A DNA stretch of 64,000 nt from Epithemia pelagica (Eukaryota; Protista; Bacillariophyta). The DNA lies in assembly GCA_946965045.2 (NCBI GenBank), contig OX337229.1, positions 5,394,001 through 5,458,000 on the forward strand, written 5' to 3'. Position 1 is the first letter of the stretch; the number at the start of each line of letters is the position of its first letter. Both the position numbers and the translations under genes were made by a program. A model generated the notes under the pieces. The model saw nothing but the letters and a program-made list of their open reading frames with translations, searched no databases and was not told the DNA's origin. Below, one piece after another: positions 1 to 10,200 of this stretch.

Positions 1-472
1 CCCCTTCCATATCCTTGACAGAGAGTGACACCCTTGTCGGATGCAACACAAACACACACACACGTACCCCAGTGACACCTTCGGGAACATCCGAGGTGCA
101 AGCGTCCGAATCTGGATCACAGGGAGGAGCACAAAAGGTTCCTGGAACACCCATGATACGAATTGGGATTTCTTCCGCAAAGGTACACGGAGGTTCCTCG
201 TAATGATGAGACCCGCCTTGCTTGGGTTCCGTGGTGATACTGTCAAGTGTGGTAGAGGTTTTCGTCATGGGCAAGGCCACTTTGGTATACACAAAGGGCT
301 TGGATTCCTCCGTCGTTAGGACTTGGGCAGAAGAAGAAGCTTCCATGGACACCATGGAGAGAAGGAACAACACACAGGTGGAAGAAAACGCCATGATTCT
401 GCAAGAGTCTGGTTGATGCTGCTGATGGCGATGATGACAATGCCTCACTGGAAATCCCAAGGTATTTATGAG
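1..472. repeat. Segmental duplication, paralogous to 17988-18463 (intron part, exon 1 and 5' UTR of the Cys-rich gene)
   Basis: Colinear high identity by eye, from ccccttccat...ccttgacaga to tggaaatcccaaggta, where the two copies diverge. Confidence 0.9.
68..394 (-). CDS. Exon 1 of a small secreted Cys-rich protein (paralog of 17698-18384); gene continues past the left window edge
   Basis: Manual translation from ATG 394: MAFSSTCVLFLLSMVSMEASSSAQ...HHYEEPPCTFAEEIPIRIMGVPGTFCAPPCDPDSDACTSDVPEGVTG, with no stop. It is followed by a GTACGT donor at 67-62, exactly as in the complete paralog. Hydrophobic signal peptide at the start. Confidence 0.85.
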
Positions 473-2405
473 CAGCAAAAGGAACAAACTAAGAATGTGC
501 GAGGAATCATGTCCACCATTGATCTTTCACACCAAAAGCTGCTCGAAAGATTTCCCCCAATCTTCAATTGAAACAACGACGCACGGACGTCCAGGACTTA
601 CTTTGATGAAAACTGCGAGACAAAGTGCCAACTGCCATGACAGCCGGTCATGTGAGCATGAGACGTATCTCTAGTCTGGATGGATCAATTTGGACTCACA
701 GCGATTTGGACGTCTCTGACTGTTGGATCCATGCAGTGGCGCTGGTTGCATTCTACATTGTTGACAACACCGGACCAAGCACCATCACTTCGACTTTGGT
801 GTCATCATTCCATCACCTTGGTTTTGGATCGCATTACAATGGCATTTGTAGTAATGAGGACCGCCTGACCTCTTGATTTTGCGTTCTTTTGTCGCTCATT
901 TCTGCGTGTTCATCTTTTTGGGATCCGTTTCTTTAGTGAGCGACACAAATGCGCTCCTTGCTATGCAGAACAACGACAACTTAGGGCGTAACAAATGCTG
1001 TGTGCCACCGTACCTTCCGCCAGGCTTTTTTGTCGTGCCATTCTCCCGTGTGAACCCAGTTCCGCTTTATAATGGTCCACCCAACACCCAACCTCCCTCT
1101 CCGCGTCCGAGTCATGACGCATCATGAGATTCTTCCACAGCAACGGGACGATGATTTCCGAGGTTCTGTGAATGGAAGAACCGGGACCCTCTTTGCGATA
1201 CCGAGATCCGTTTGAGACAATGGTCGATTTGAACGGTATGGTCCGGAAACGGGAAGGACTTTATTCACCCAGCGTTGTTTGCCTCGATAGCTCTTAGCTG
1301 CCGTTGTGATTTGGACAAATCCTCCAAGGATATATCTTGTTTCGCGACGAAAGCACAAATCTTGGTGATCCATTCGACTTGGAGGCTTTCACCCGGTCGA
1401 AAGTATAGGGGTTTCCTCATCCCAATTCCTAAAGAGATAGATTGGTTCGACGTTCATCGACCATCGACCTCCTTCCCCTCTCTGTTCCTTCCCTCTTTCT
1501 CTCAAAAGATTTGATTTGTGAGGAAAGGATGAGGGCGCGTCCGGCGAACGAATGGCCTGCGCGCAATGCCGAGCCTTCCGGGACGAATTTCGCGGCGCAA
1601 CATCTGCGCTCACAAAAACTTTGCTTCAACAGTCAGAGGTCAGAGGTGGATGGCAGTTTAAAAAATGCAAAAAACAAAAAAGCCACTGAGGCAAATATCA
1701 TGAGCTGTACTGTTGTTTTCGGTTCCCCCTTGGCAATTCAATCCCATCATTTGACGCTCCTTTTACATCGCTCGATTCTCTCTGGCGAATTGCGAACACC
1801 CAAAACAAATTGTGGACGATGAGGAATGAACGAGACCTCCAAAACAGCAACGAGAGAGATAAGGAATGTCGAAGTGTCTTTAGCTCACACGCTCACACCA
1901 AGTATCCTCAGCCATTCCTTGGCAACCAGGTCACTTGTGGACGTTCCTTGGACCTTGGTCAGACTTGTCGGCCAGAATGCTCTGTTTCATGAGCCGTTCA
2001 GGATAACAACCGGCTTGGACCAACAGAGATGAGTGGCCAGCCGACAAGAACTCGGACGCGTTTTTGGTGCCGAACTTTCTTGAACTTGGCTCTGTTCCTC
2101 GTCCGACAAATTTGTTGTGTTGACAATGACCGTAAACTACCGTATAGGGTAACTGTAGAAGGAAAAAAGTGTTTTTTGCATGGATTAATGGATCGTTTCC
2201 CTTGTCTCTCTCTAATGGATGACTCTGATGGGCAAAGGAGATGATCCAGCCTGTCTTGCGGTGGCTGCGACTGTGACATCTCTTTCGAGTAGCTAGTACC
2301 AAGTCATTCGTTGAGCATATCATGTTGTTTGTGACATCTCTTTCGAGTAGGTAGTACCAAGTCATTCGTTGAGCATATCATGTTGTTTGTATAGCTTTGG
2401 AAAAG
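393..2405. repeat. ~2-kb duplicated segment, copy A; copy B is 5890-6480 plus 16287-17325, split by the retrotransposon
   Basis: Colinear similarity from atgattctgcaagag to gctttggaaaag. Copy B lacks bases 1006-1349 of copy A. Copy A holds the empty insertion site cattcgaCTTGGAggctttcacccggtcga at 1371-1400. Confidence 0.9.
2272..2390. repeat. 58-bp direct tandem repeat x2
   Basis: tgtgacatctctttcgagtag(c/g)tagtaccaagtcattcgttgagcatatcatgttgtt starts at 2272 and 2330 with one mismatch. The paralogous region near 17250-17310 has a single copy. Confidence 0.9.
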
Positions 2406-2837
2406 ACAGTTCGCATCTGCCTCTATACCACGATCCAAGCATAAGAAGTACACATTCGCCAATTATATGAATGCCAACAACACCAACGGCCTGTCCACCT
2501 TGAAAACGACGAGCAACTCCCACGTACCAACAAGGAGAGTGAGACAAGCTGATGGCAATCGAGTTTGGCCAATCTATTCGTGAAATAAGATGTCAAGACT
2601 TTTGCCAGTGGAAGGAGATGGAAGGAAGGTGTAGTTTCGGAGGTTGAAATTATGGGGAAAATGGATCAGGAACTTCTGCTAACCCAACCCCTAAAATTTC
2701 GAGATGTCCCTGAGAACACTTGTGTAAAACACTTGTGTCCTACAATTTCACAGCAAAGGACAACCGTATATACTTGTAGTGTTTCACTTGATCTTGTTAA
2801 TAAGTTTGAAAATATGCTGTCTTATGAATACTATTGA

Positions 2838-3001
2838 TTTGGGGAAACGCTCCTATTGCTGTCCCTTTGCGGTGTTGACAGTGCTTCCGCTCCTTGTGAA
2901 GGTGCGGGAGTTGATTGGGGTTTGGGGAAACACTCCTATTGCTGTCCCTTTGCAGTACTAACCGTGCTTCCGCTCTTTTATGGAGGTGGTGGAGTTGGTT
3001 G
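2838..3001. repeat. ~83-bp diverged direct tandem repeat x2, overlapping the 3' end of the CRN-like gene
   Basis: tttggggaaac(g/a)ctcctattgctgtccctttgc...gtgcttccgctc starts at 2838 and 2921. Confidence 0.85.
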
Positions 3002-5857
3002 TAAATCCAAGGCAGAAATTGTGGGCTCCAAATGTTCTTTGAACCAAATCGAATCTAGCCCCTTTGGCATTGCGAAATTATTCACCTCCGTAAAAGAGTT
3101 GGACACTGCCAAAATTCGTTTTGTTTCAATACTCTTGGGTGGTTCGGCATTTTCATTTCTTGTTACCAGTGTCTCTACCTCTGTCTGAAAGCTTTGGACT
3201 GCAACAGCAGACCACTGTTTGGAAATCTCCTTCTTCTGTTTAGTTTCTTTGTTGGAGCTTTCAGTGTTGCCAATGCCCAGAGATAGGCACCAGTCATTGA
3301 GATTGGAATGTAACCGAGCATAGTGTTTGCACTGAATCGCCAAAATAGTCACGTTCCACTCCTTGTCCACCAGAACAACAAACAAATCTGGTCCTTGGGC
3401 ATTTGGTACCCCCTGGGATACTACAAAGCAAGTGTTGTTTTTCACTTCGTTTTGGCTGAAAAAAGGCTCTTTAAGAGCAAGTTCCGACAGCTCTTCCTTC
3501 AAATCCTCTTCGCGCATTTCTTCATTCTTCCGACGGCTACGTGGCCACCCATTCTCTAACTCGTGTGTTTCGGTTGCATATCCTTGCACCTCAAATAGCC
3601 TCATACAGTGAAGAGATACGACCTCCTCAAACTGGTTTCCCATTGATGGAAGCAACAATTTCGTAATCCCGGAGCACGACAAGTACTTCAGGGCGTTGGA
3701 TGTGCCGTTCCTTCTTGCCAGTCCCTTCTCAAATAAGGTGTCGTATTTCTCCTCGAAAAACAGCTCCATGGCAACGTTTTTGTCATTGGAACCTTCCGAA
3801 TCACCTCCTTTTGCGACTCCCGATCCCTCACTTGGCTCTCCTTTTTCTTGGATAACATTGTTGTACAAAGCGTTCTTCACATTCATCAATTGACTCTCAA
3901 GTTGGGACTCCAGTTCATTCCTGGTCTTGTCGTTTGACTGGTTGATCGCTTTATTCAGTGCCTCCTCCTGGTGGTAGACAAATGCGCAACGTAGCAATAG
4001 TTCCCGATCCTGGTTTTCCAACTTACTCACAGTATTGGTTCGCAAATAGTACCGCACAGGGTAGTCCATTATGTGCTGATAAGACGTAATGGCTTTCAGT
4101 CGTTCCGTATAGCGTGTTTCTTTTGTAGTCACACCATATGCATCTACCTCATGTTCTTTAGCACGTAGGATTGGTAAGACTCCTCGAAAGAACATCCTGG
4201 CATTGGTCCTCAGAATGCGGCAATATCCGACCTCAAGAGCAGCCTTCACAGCATTGTGCAATTCCTGCTCCTTCCGCAGCAGGTTTTCTAAATTTGGTTG
4301 CTTCATTGTTACTATCTTGACAAGGCTCGGACTTGTGCCGACTCGACCTCTGTGGATGGCGTCTGTGCCAGTTCCAACAAGAACGAGTTGCACGCGCCCT
4401 TGAGGACGTACAAGATACCTGTGAAGTTCAATTATTTCCTCGACGCAAGAGACAAGACCCTCCACAAGGTCAATGTTTGTTGCTTCATCGATGACGATGG
4501 CCACCTTTTCAGGTCTTTCATTCTTTGGAAATTCACCCTCAAGCCATTTCTGAACATACGGCTCCTTGTCTGATTTCATAGCACTATATGCGTTTCTGAA
4601 TACGTCGAAGGCCCATTGATTCCTGCTTTCGTTCAGAGTGGATTTCATCCAAGCCAAACCAGCCGCCACGTCGGATTCTCCACTTTTGATCTCGCCGCAA
4701 CATACTATCAACTTTCGTAGAAGTTCACAGACTTGGGGATACTCAATGGGGGCTTCTAGAACTCTCTTTTCTCGAATCCTGAAAGACTCGGTATTTAGAC
4801 GCTTGTACAACACCAAAAAGCCATTTTCTCGTGCTTTTTGGCATGAGAAAACGCTTTTGCCACTCCCACTTTCTCCTGCCACCACTATAGCGAACTCTTC
4901 GTCCACACGTGTTCCAAAGGGATCGTTACTAGTAGCTACTTCTGTGTCCACATACAATGTCGAAGGCTTCACAATTCTTTCATCTTCTTCTTCTTCAATG
5001 TCTTTCAAGGGTTTTGGCGACGGAATTTCAGCCTTCAGTCTCTTGAGAGTATACGCCTCAAGTATCTCATTCAATTCCGAGGCGCCGAGTCTTGTTGCTT
5101 CTATTACTTTCATCTTGCCGCTGGCGACGTCCGTGAACGTGGTTTGAATCTCTTGAATTTTGACAGCACGTGTGATGATGGAATCAAACTCGTCTCTCCT
5201 TGCGTCATCATATAAAACTTTGCGCTGATTTTCCCCAGAAAGGTACTTCACAAGAATATCCCAATCTCTAATCTCTCTCCTGTTTTCCCTCTTTTTTAGC
5301 CCCTCAATAAGTCTCCTCAAAAACTCACTTTGACGCAGGATATCATCTTTGGATTCTGTCTCTCCTACCGAATCCTCCATCATTTGCCCTGTGACTGCAT
5401 CGTTCAACATTTCCTCACCACCAGCAACACTAATAGGCTTTAGTGTCAAATCCAAAAATGAATTCAAGTCCTCCTCTTTGCCGCTATTGATCCATTTCCG
5501 AATCCCTTCCCATAACTCCTTCAGTGTTTTCTTTTCGTCCTCTTCCTCTAGGTTGTTGTTTTCGCGTTGTGAATCTATATTTTTCACAATTTTTTCAGCT
5601 ATATCATTGCTGACAGTTTTCTTTTCTTCCTCCGTCAATCGACTCAAAATTTGTTGGAAGGGAGAAACATAAGCGAAGTGCGATGTTTCGTCATCGTCAT
5701 TCGATCGCGGATGCTTTGAAAGACTGTCATTCGGGAGAGGGGATCCTTCTCGTTTGGCATTTGACGTTGGTGCTTTGGAATCATCCATGACAAAAGACGA
5801 TATCGGAATAAAAAATTGAATGCAGCTCACTGTAATAATGATGGATGTAGTTTTCAT
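2978..5857 (-). CDS. Crinkler/RHS-type protein: P-loop NTPase plus C-terminal PD-(D/E)xK restriction-endonuclease-fold domain (~959 aa from the first ATG; alternative ATG 5788)
   Basis: Uninterrupted ORF. Walker A IVVAGESGSGKS (~4853-4890), Walker B VAIVIDEAT (~4480-4510) and strand VQLVLVGTG. C-terminal SQGVPNAQGPDLFVVL...ILAIQCKHY (~3320-3420) fits the CR-REase pattern. The track start at 5938 is GTG; the first ATG is at 5857. Confidence 0.75.
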   Translation of the reverse strand: MKTTSIIITVSCIQFFIPISSFVMDDSKAPTSNAKREGSPLPNDSLSKHPRSNDDDETSHFAYVSPFQQILSRLTEEEKKTVSNDIAEKIVKNIDSQRENNNLEEEDEKKTLKELWEGIRKWINSGKEEDLNSFLDLTLKPISVAGGEEMLNDAVTGQMMEDSVGETESKDDILRQSEFLRRLIEGLKKRENRREIRDWDILVKYLSGENQRKVLYDDARRDEFDSIITRAVKIQEIQTTFTDVASGKMKVIEATRLGASELNEILEAYTLKRLKAEIPSPKPLKDIEEEEDERIVKPSTLYVDTEVATSNDPFGTRVDEEFAIVVAGESGSGKSVFSCQKARENGFLVLYKRLNTESFRIREKRVLEAPIEYPQVCELLRKLIVCCGEIKSGESDVAAGLAWMKSTLNESRNQWAFDVFRNAYSAMKSDKEPYVQKWLEGEFPKNERPEKVAIVIDEATNIDLVEGLVSCVEEIIELHRYLVRPQGRVQLVLVGTGTDAIHRGRVGTSPSLVKIVTMKQPNLENLLRKEQELHNAVKAALEVGYCRILRTNARMFFRGVLPILRAKEHEVDAYGVTTKETRYTERLKAITSYQHIMDYPVRYYLRTNTVSKLENQDRELLLRCAFVYHQEEALNKAINQSNDKTRNELESQLESQLMNVKNALYNNVIQEKGEPSEGSGVAKGGDSEGSNDKNVAMELFFEEKYDTLFEKGLARRNGTSNALKYLSCSGITKLLLPSMGNQFEEVVSLHCMRLFEVQGYATETHELENGWPRSRRKNEEMREEDLKEELSELALKEPFFSQNEVKNNTCFVVSQGVPNAQGPDLFVVLVDKEWNVTILAIQCKHYARLHSNLNDWCLSLGIGNTESSNKETKQKKEISKQWSAVAVQSFQTEVETLVTRNENAEPPKSIETKRILAVSNSFTEVNNFAMPKGLDSIWFKEHLEPTISALDLQPTPPPP

Positions 5858-6479
5858 GCGACTGGATGGATTGACTACGTACACGTACTTATGATTCTGC
5901 AAGAGTCCGGTTGATGCTGCTGATGGCGATGATGACACTGCCTCACTGGAAATGCCAAGGAATTATGAGCAGCATGAGCAGCAAAAGGAACAAACTAAGA
6001 ATGTGCGAGGAATCATGTCCACCATTGATCTTTCACACCAAAACCTGATCGAAAGATTTCTCCTTTCCCCCAATATAAACAACGACGCACGGACGCCCAG
6101 GACTTACTTCGAGATGAAAACTGAGAGACATAGTGCCAACCGCCATGGCAGCCGTCATGTGAGCATGATACGTATCTCTTGTCTGGATGGATCAATTTGG
6201 ACTCGCAGCGATTTGGACGTCTCTGACTGCTGGATGCATGCAGTGGCGCTGGTTGCATTGAACATTGTTGACAACACCGGACAAAGCACCATCACTTCGA
6301 CTTTGGTGTGATTTTGCGTTCCTTGCCGCTCATTTCTGCGTGTTCATCTTTTTTGGATCCTTTTCTTTAGTGCAGAAATGAGCGACACAATGCGCTCCTT
6401 GCTTTGCAGAGCAACGACAGCTTTGGGCGTAACAAATGCTGTGTGCAAAGCACAAATTGTGGTGACCCATTCGACTTGG

Positions 6480-7200
6480 ACTTAGGATATCTGCTAGCTA
6501 GGTGTGATAACGACTTGATAATCGGGGTTAGTTCAGTTGGGTAGCAATGTTAGTCAACCTATCACGTTGGATCGACGATGGGGCCCTCACCTTCGGTCTA
6601 CGATATAGGTTGACTCCTTTTGTAGACAACAGTTGCTTGTAACTTTTGTGTTTTAGAAAAGAGTGAGATTAATCTACATGAAAGTGATTTTCAGGTCTGA
6701 TCGATCTCCGATCTCAAGGAGAACTTAGCCGCTCCATTTCTCTCTTGAAGAATAGTTCTTCCTTGTTCTTTTTGTTCTTCATGATTAGATGAGAGTATTC
6801 ACCTCTCCTGATTGTTTGGGCCTTATGAATGTTCTTTCTAGAAGGTACTTACCTTTGGAACAGGCCTGCTAGATCATCTGGAGGTCGATCGTTATCTTTG
6901 TGTAATTCTCAATTTGAGAGAGAAGATATTACGACTAGAGGTATCGTCCAACTTGCGTTCGTATGAACGGATGTGTAGGCTCGCGACTTGCATTGTGCAT
7001 GTACATGGATAATTAGTACATGAATCTTCCTGGACTGCTGGGTGAAGTTACTATTCAGCTAAATGCATCTGTTGTTCGTCCGTTCAACTGCAACACGAGC
7101 GTCTGTCTTACTTCAGGACAGCTGCTTTCCTCTATGTCGTAGCTATGTCATGCTATGTCACACCTAGATCTAATGGTGCAAGATGTGCTATGTTGTAACT
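6480..7200 (-). repeat. 3' LTR of the copia element
   Basis: Matches 15567-16286 at constant offset 9087. Differences seen: g7065/c16152, a7180/t16267 and a 1-bp indel at ~7193. Confidence 0.97.
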
Positions 7201-7209
7201 CTCCCTCTC
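7201..7209 (-). other. Polypurine tract (GAGAGGGAG)
   Basis: ctccctctc on + abuts the 3' LTR, 45 nt after the pol stop codon. Confidence 0.85.
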
Positions 7210-7253
7210 ATGGAGTGATTGGGCTAGAATTGCGACATGGAAGGTATGATGGT

Positions 7254-10200
7254 TTACCATCCTTGATTGAGCTTACGGCAGCGCTCAAAAAGTTCTCGAT
7301 TCTGGCATTTAGTAAAGTAATCAGCCTTTTGGTCAGCTGTGCTGACCATGCTAACTTTCACGCCGCCGGGGTGGTCGCCTACATGCTCCCAAAAGAAGTG
7401 GAGGTAGGTGTTAAAATGCTTGGTCCTTGGAGTTAGGCGCTGCTTCGTTGCAAGGTAAAAGGCTCCACTATTGTCCTCAAAGACTTCAGAGAAAATAGTG
7501 GGCTTCGGGAACGGCAGCTTGAGATTGCCTAGAAGTTCTTCAATCACTCGGCGGGTAGCTATCACACTACGCATGGCTTGTGAGAGGGCATGGTACTCAG
7601 CCTGGAGTGTACTAAGAGCTACCGATGATTGGAGTTGCGAACGCCATATTAGTGGGCATCCACAAAATGTTAGTATATAGCCAGTACGAGACTTAGCACT
7701 AACGGGATTGTCTTGGGGTTCGCGTCCATGCAAACCGGCAAAATCAGCATCTACATAGCAATCTAGTTTGAAATCTGTAGTAGGGGTGAAGATAGTCCCT
7801 TTGTCTCTTGTTCGAACTAAGTAGCGCACAATTGTCTTGATGGTGGTAGCGTGTGATTTCTTTGGTGCTGAACTGAATCTAGCTACCTGACTAACAGCGA
7901 AAGCTATGTCAGGTCTAGTGTTGGTAGCCAGGTATAGGAGCATTCCTACTACGGAGCGATATTCCCAGCTTTCCTTCATAGGTTCACCGTCTGGGTCGCT
8001 GCCTAATCCCAGCTGGGTTGCAGGAGTCCAATTAGGGTTGCAATCTTCTAGTCCTGTAGTTTTAATAATCTTCGCAATAAGTCCTTTCTGGGTCATGGTA
8101 ATAGATTTATTCTCATGACGGATAAAGTTTATTCCAAGGTAGTCAGTCAGATTTCCTTCTTTCTTGAGAGATAACCCTTTTTCTTGTAGTCTTTTGATTA
8201 GATCGTCTATTAGTTCCATTTTAGGAGCACAGACACCACAGTCGTCTACCCACAGAAAAATGATGATGTTGTCTTTGTAAAGCAAACACTCGTCATGAGC
8301 ACTGAGGGTGAATCTGTCTTCCTTTAAAGCCTCTAGTAGGTGGGTATACCATAACCTTGGAGCTGAAGACAGGCCATATAGACTCTTGATGAGTCGCAGG
8401 CAGGTCTCTCCAGGTTTGCCAGACCTAAATCCTCTAGGTAAATGAATCCATACAGGTTCATCGACCGTAGCTTGTACAAATGCATTGTTAAAATCAATGC
8501 AGGCAAGCTCCCATCCTAGGATTAAGCTGATAGTGAGGACAATACGGATTGAGCTCCAGTGAACAACTGGGCTGTAGTTTTCTTGTTCCGTTTCCTGTAA
8601 GTCTCCTCTCACACAATATCTGGCTTTGTGTTTGAGGATCTCACCATCGGGAGTTCTCTTTCGTTTAAATACCCAAGTTCCTGGTAGAATCCGCGTTTTT
8701 GCCTGAGATTTTGGGACCTCTTCCCATGTTCCTTTACCTTCGAGTTCCATAATTTCTTTGTGTGCTGCAACTTTCCATTTTTCAATGTCAGCATCTCGCA
8801 TGGCTTCGTCATAAGAAAGCGTATCTGGATCAGAGAGAGATGCTTTCATGACGGTCAGGAGGTCGCTATGATCTACAGATGGAGGAGCAGTAGGATGAAC
8901 GGTAGCCACATTTATTTCTTCTACAAGACGAGTGGGCCGTTTAACAGTCCGACCGGAGCGACGAGTGGTGATGGTTGGTGCGAGAGAAGGAGTGGAACCG
9001 GAAGTGGGTTGAGTGGATTTGCGAGGACGGGACTCCCTCTGAGGCCGAATCTCCCTCTGAGGAGATGGACCAGGGGAAGGAGTAGTGTTGGGAGAAGGAG
9101 AAGGCAAAAGAGGGGTTGTCGAAGGCGAGGTTTCAGCGACCTGGTCAGTTTTCTCCCTCTGAGGAAGGGGTGTATTGGAAAAGGACATCCGCTTAGGGGA
9201 TGGTTGATACACCGGTTCCTCATTGGGAGCTGAAATCGATACGGGTCTGTTGCTTGGTGTCGAACTGGGTGCTGGTGCGCCAATGGGAGTAGCACGGGGA
9301 TTAGTTAAAGGAAACGTGCCAGGAGTGGAACTGGGTTGGGAAGGCGATGGAAGCACGGCAAAAGGACGATGAGTCCCAATTGCATGTGCGACATCGGATT
9401 CTCTTTGTGTATAGGACTGTTGTGCGGCCTCATCTGTAGTAGTAGGCGCTTCAATATTTGGAGCATTGTCGTTGTCGAGATCTATATATTGATAGGAGGA
9501 GTCTCCAAACAGTTTATACCACGTGTCAGTGAAGAAGTCGGGCAATTGTTCATAAGTCATAGCAATTGTACTGAACCAATCGTCGAAAACTACATGGAAT
9601 TGTGGTGTTATGTAGCCGGTGTCAGGGTTAAGTACCAGAGGGACCGAACTAGCATGGCGGTTACTTAACCCCATGAGTTGACAACGTGTAGACCTAGGCT
9701 TCCAACGAGGTAGTTTCTTCCCGGCGGCAATGGATTTCTGTAGGACATAGACTGGGCAGCCCCACACGTGTAGGTCGTGGAACTTTCGTTGTTCCCAACG
9801 GACACGTGTAAATAAGTCGTGGGGGCTCATCCCTGTGTCAGTACGGGGCACATGATTATGTAGGTACACTGCATGTGATACTGCCATGGGCCATAGCATA
9901 GGGTCAGCTAATTCTGGCCAGTGTATTGCAGCATGGAGCATCATTGTACGAGCAATAGACATAATAGTTTGTATTTCCCGTTCGGCAATGCCAGCATGGT
10001 GATGTGCCCCAACTCCGGCAAATCTGGAAATTTGAGCGAATGTTCGGAGTGATTGGGTGTAATCCTTAGAGGTAAAGGCTGCTCCATTGTCCGTTAGGTA
10101 TTGAAGCGGTACTACCCCTATTTCTCTACAGAAAAGCTCGAAGGAGTCCTTAACACTCAGCGTTTCATGTGTATTTAGGTGGGATTGAAATCCTATCCAC

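Noticed and set aside
472-2405. Duplicated segment U as a non-autonomous transposon or coding gene
   Set aside because: No TIR, LTR or TSD seen. Its short ORFs are not conserved in frame between the copies. Tandem duplication explains it.
2272-3001. 58-bp and 83-bp direct repeats as a CRISPR-like array
   Set aside because: Only two adjacent copies each, no unique spacers, no cas genes, and a eukaryotic context.
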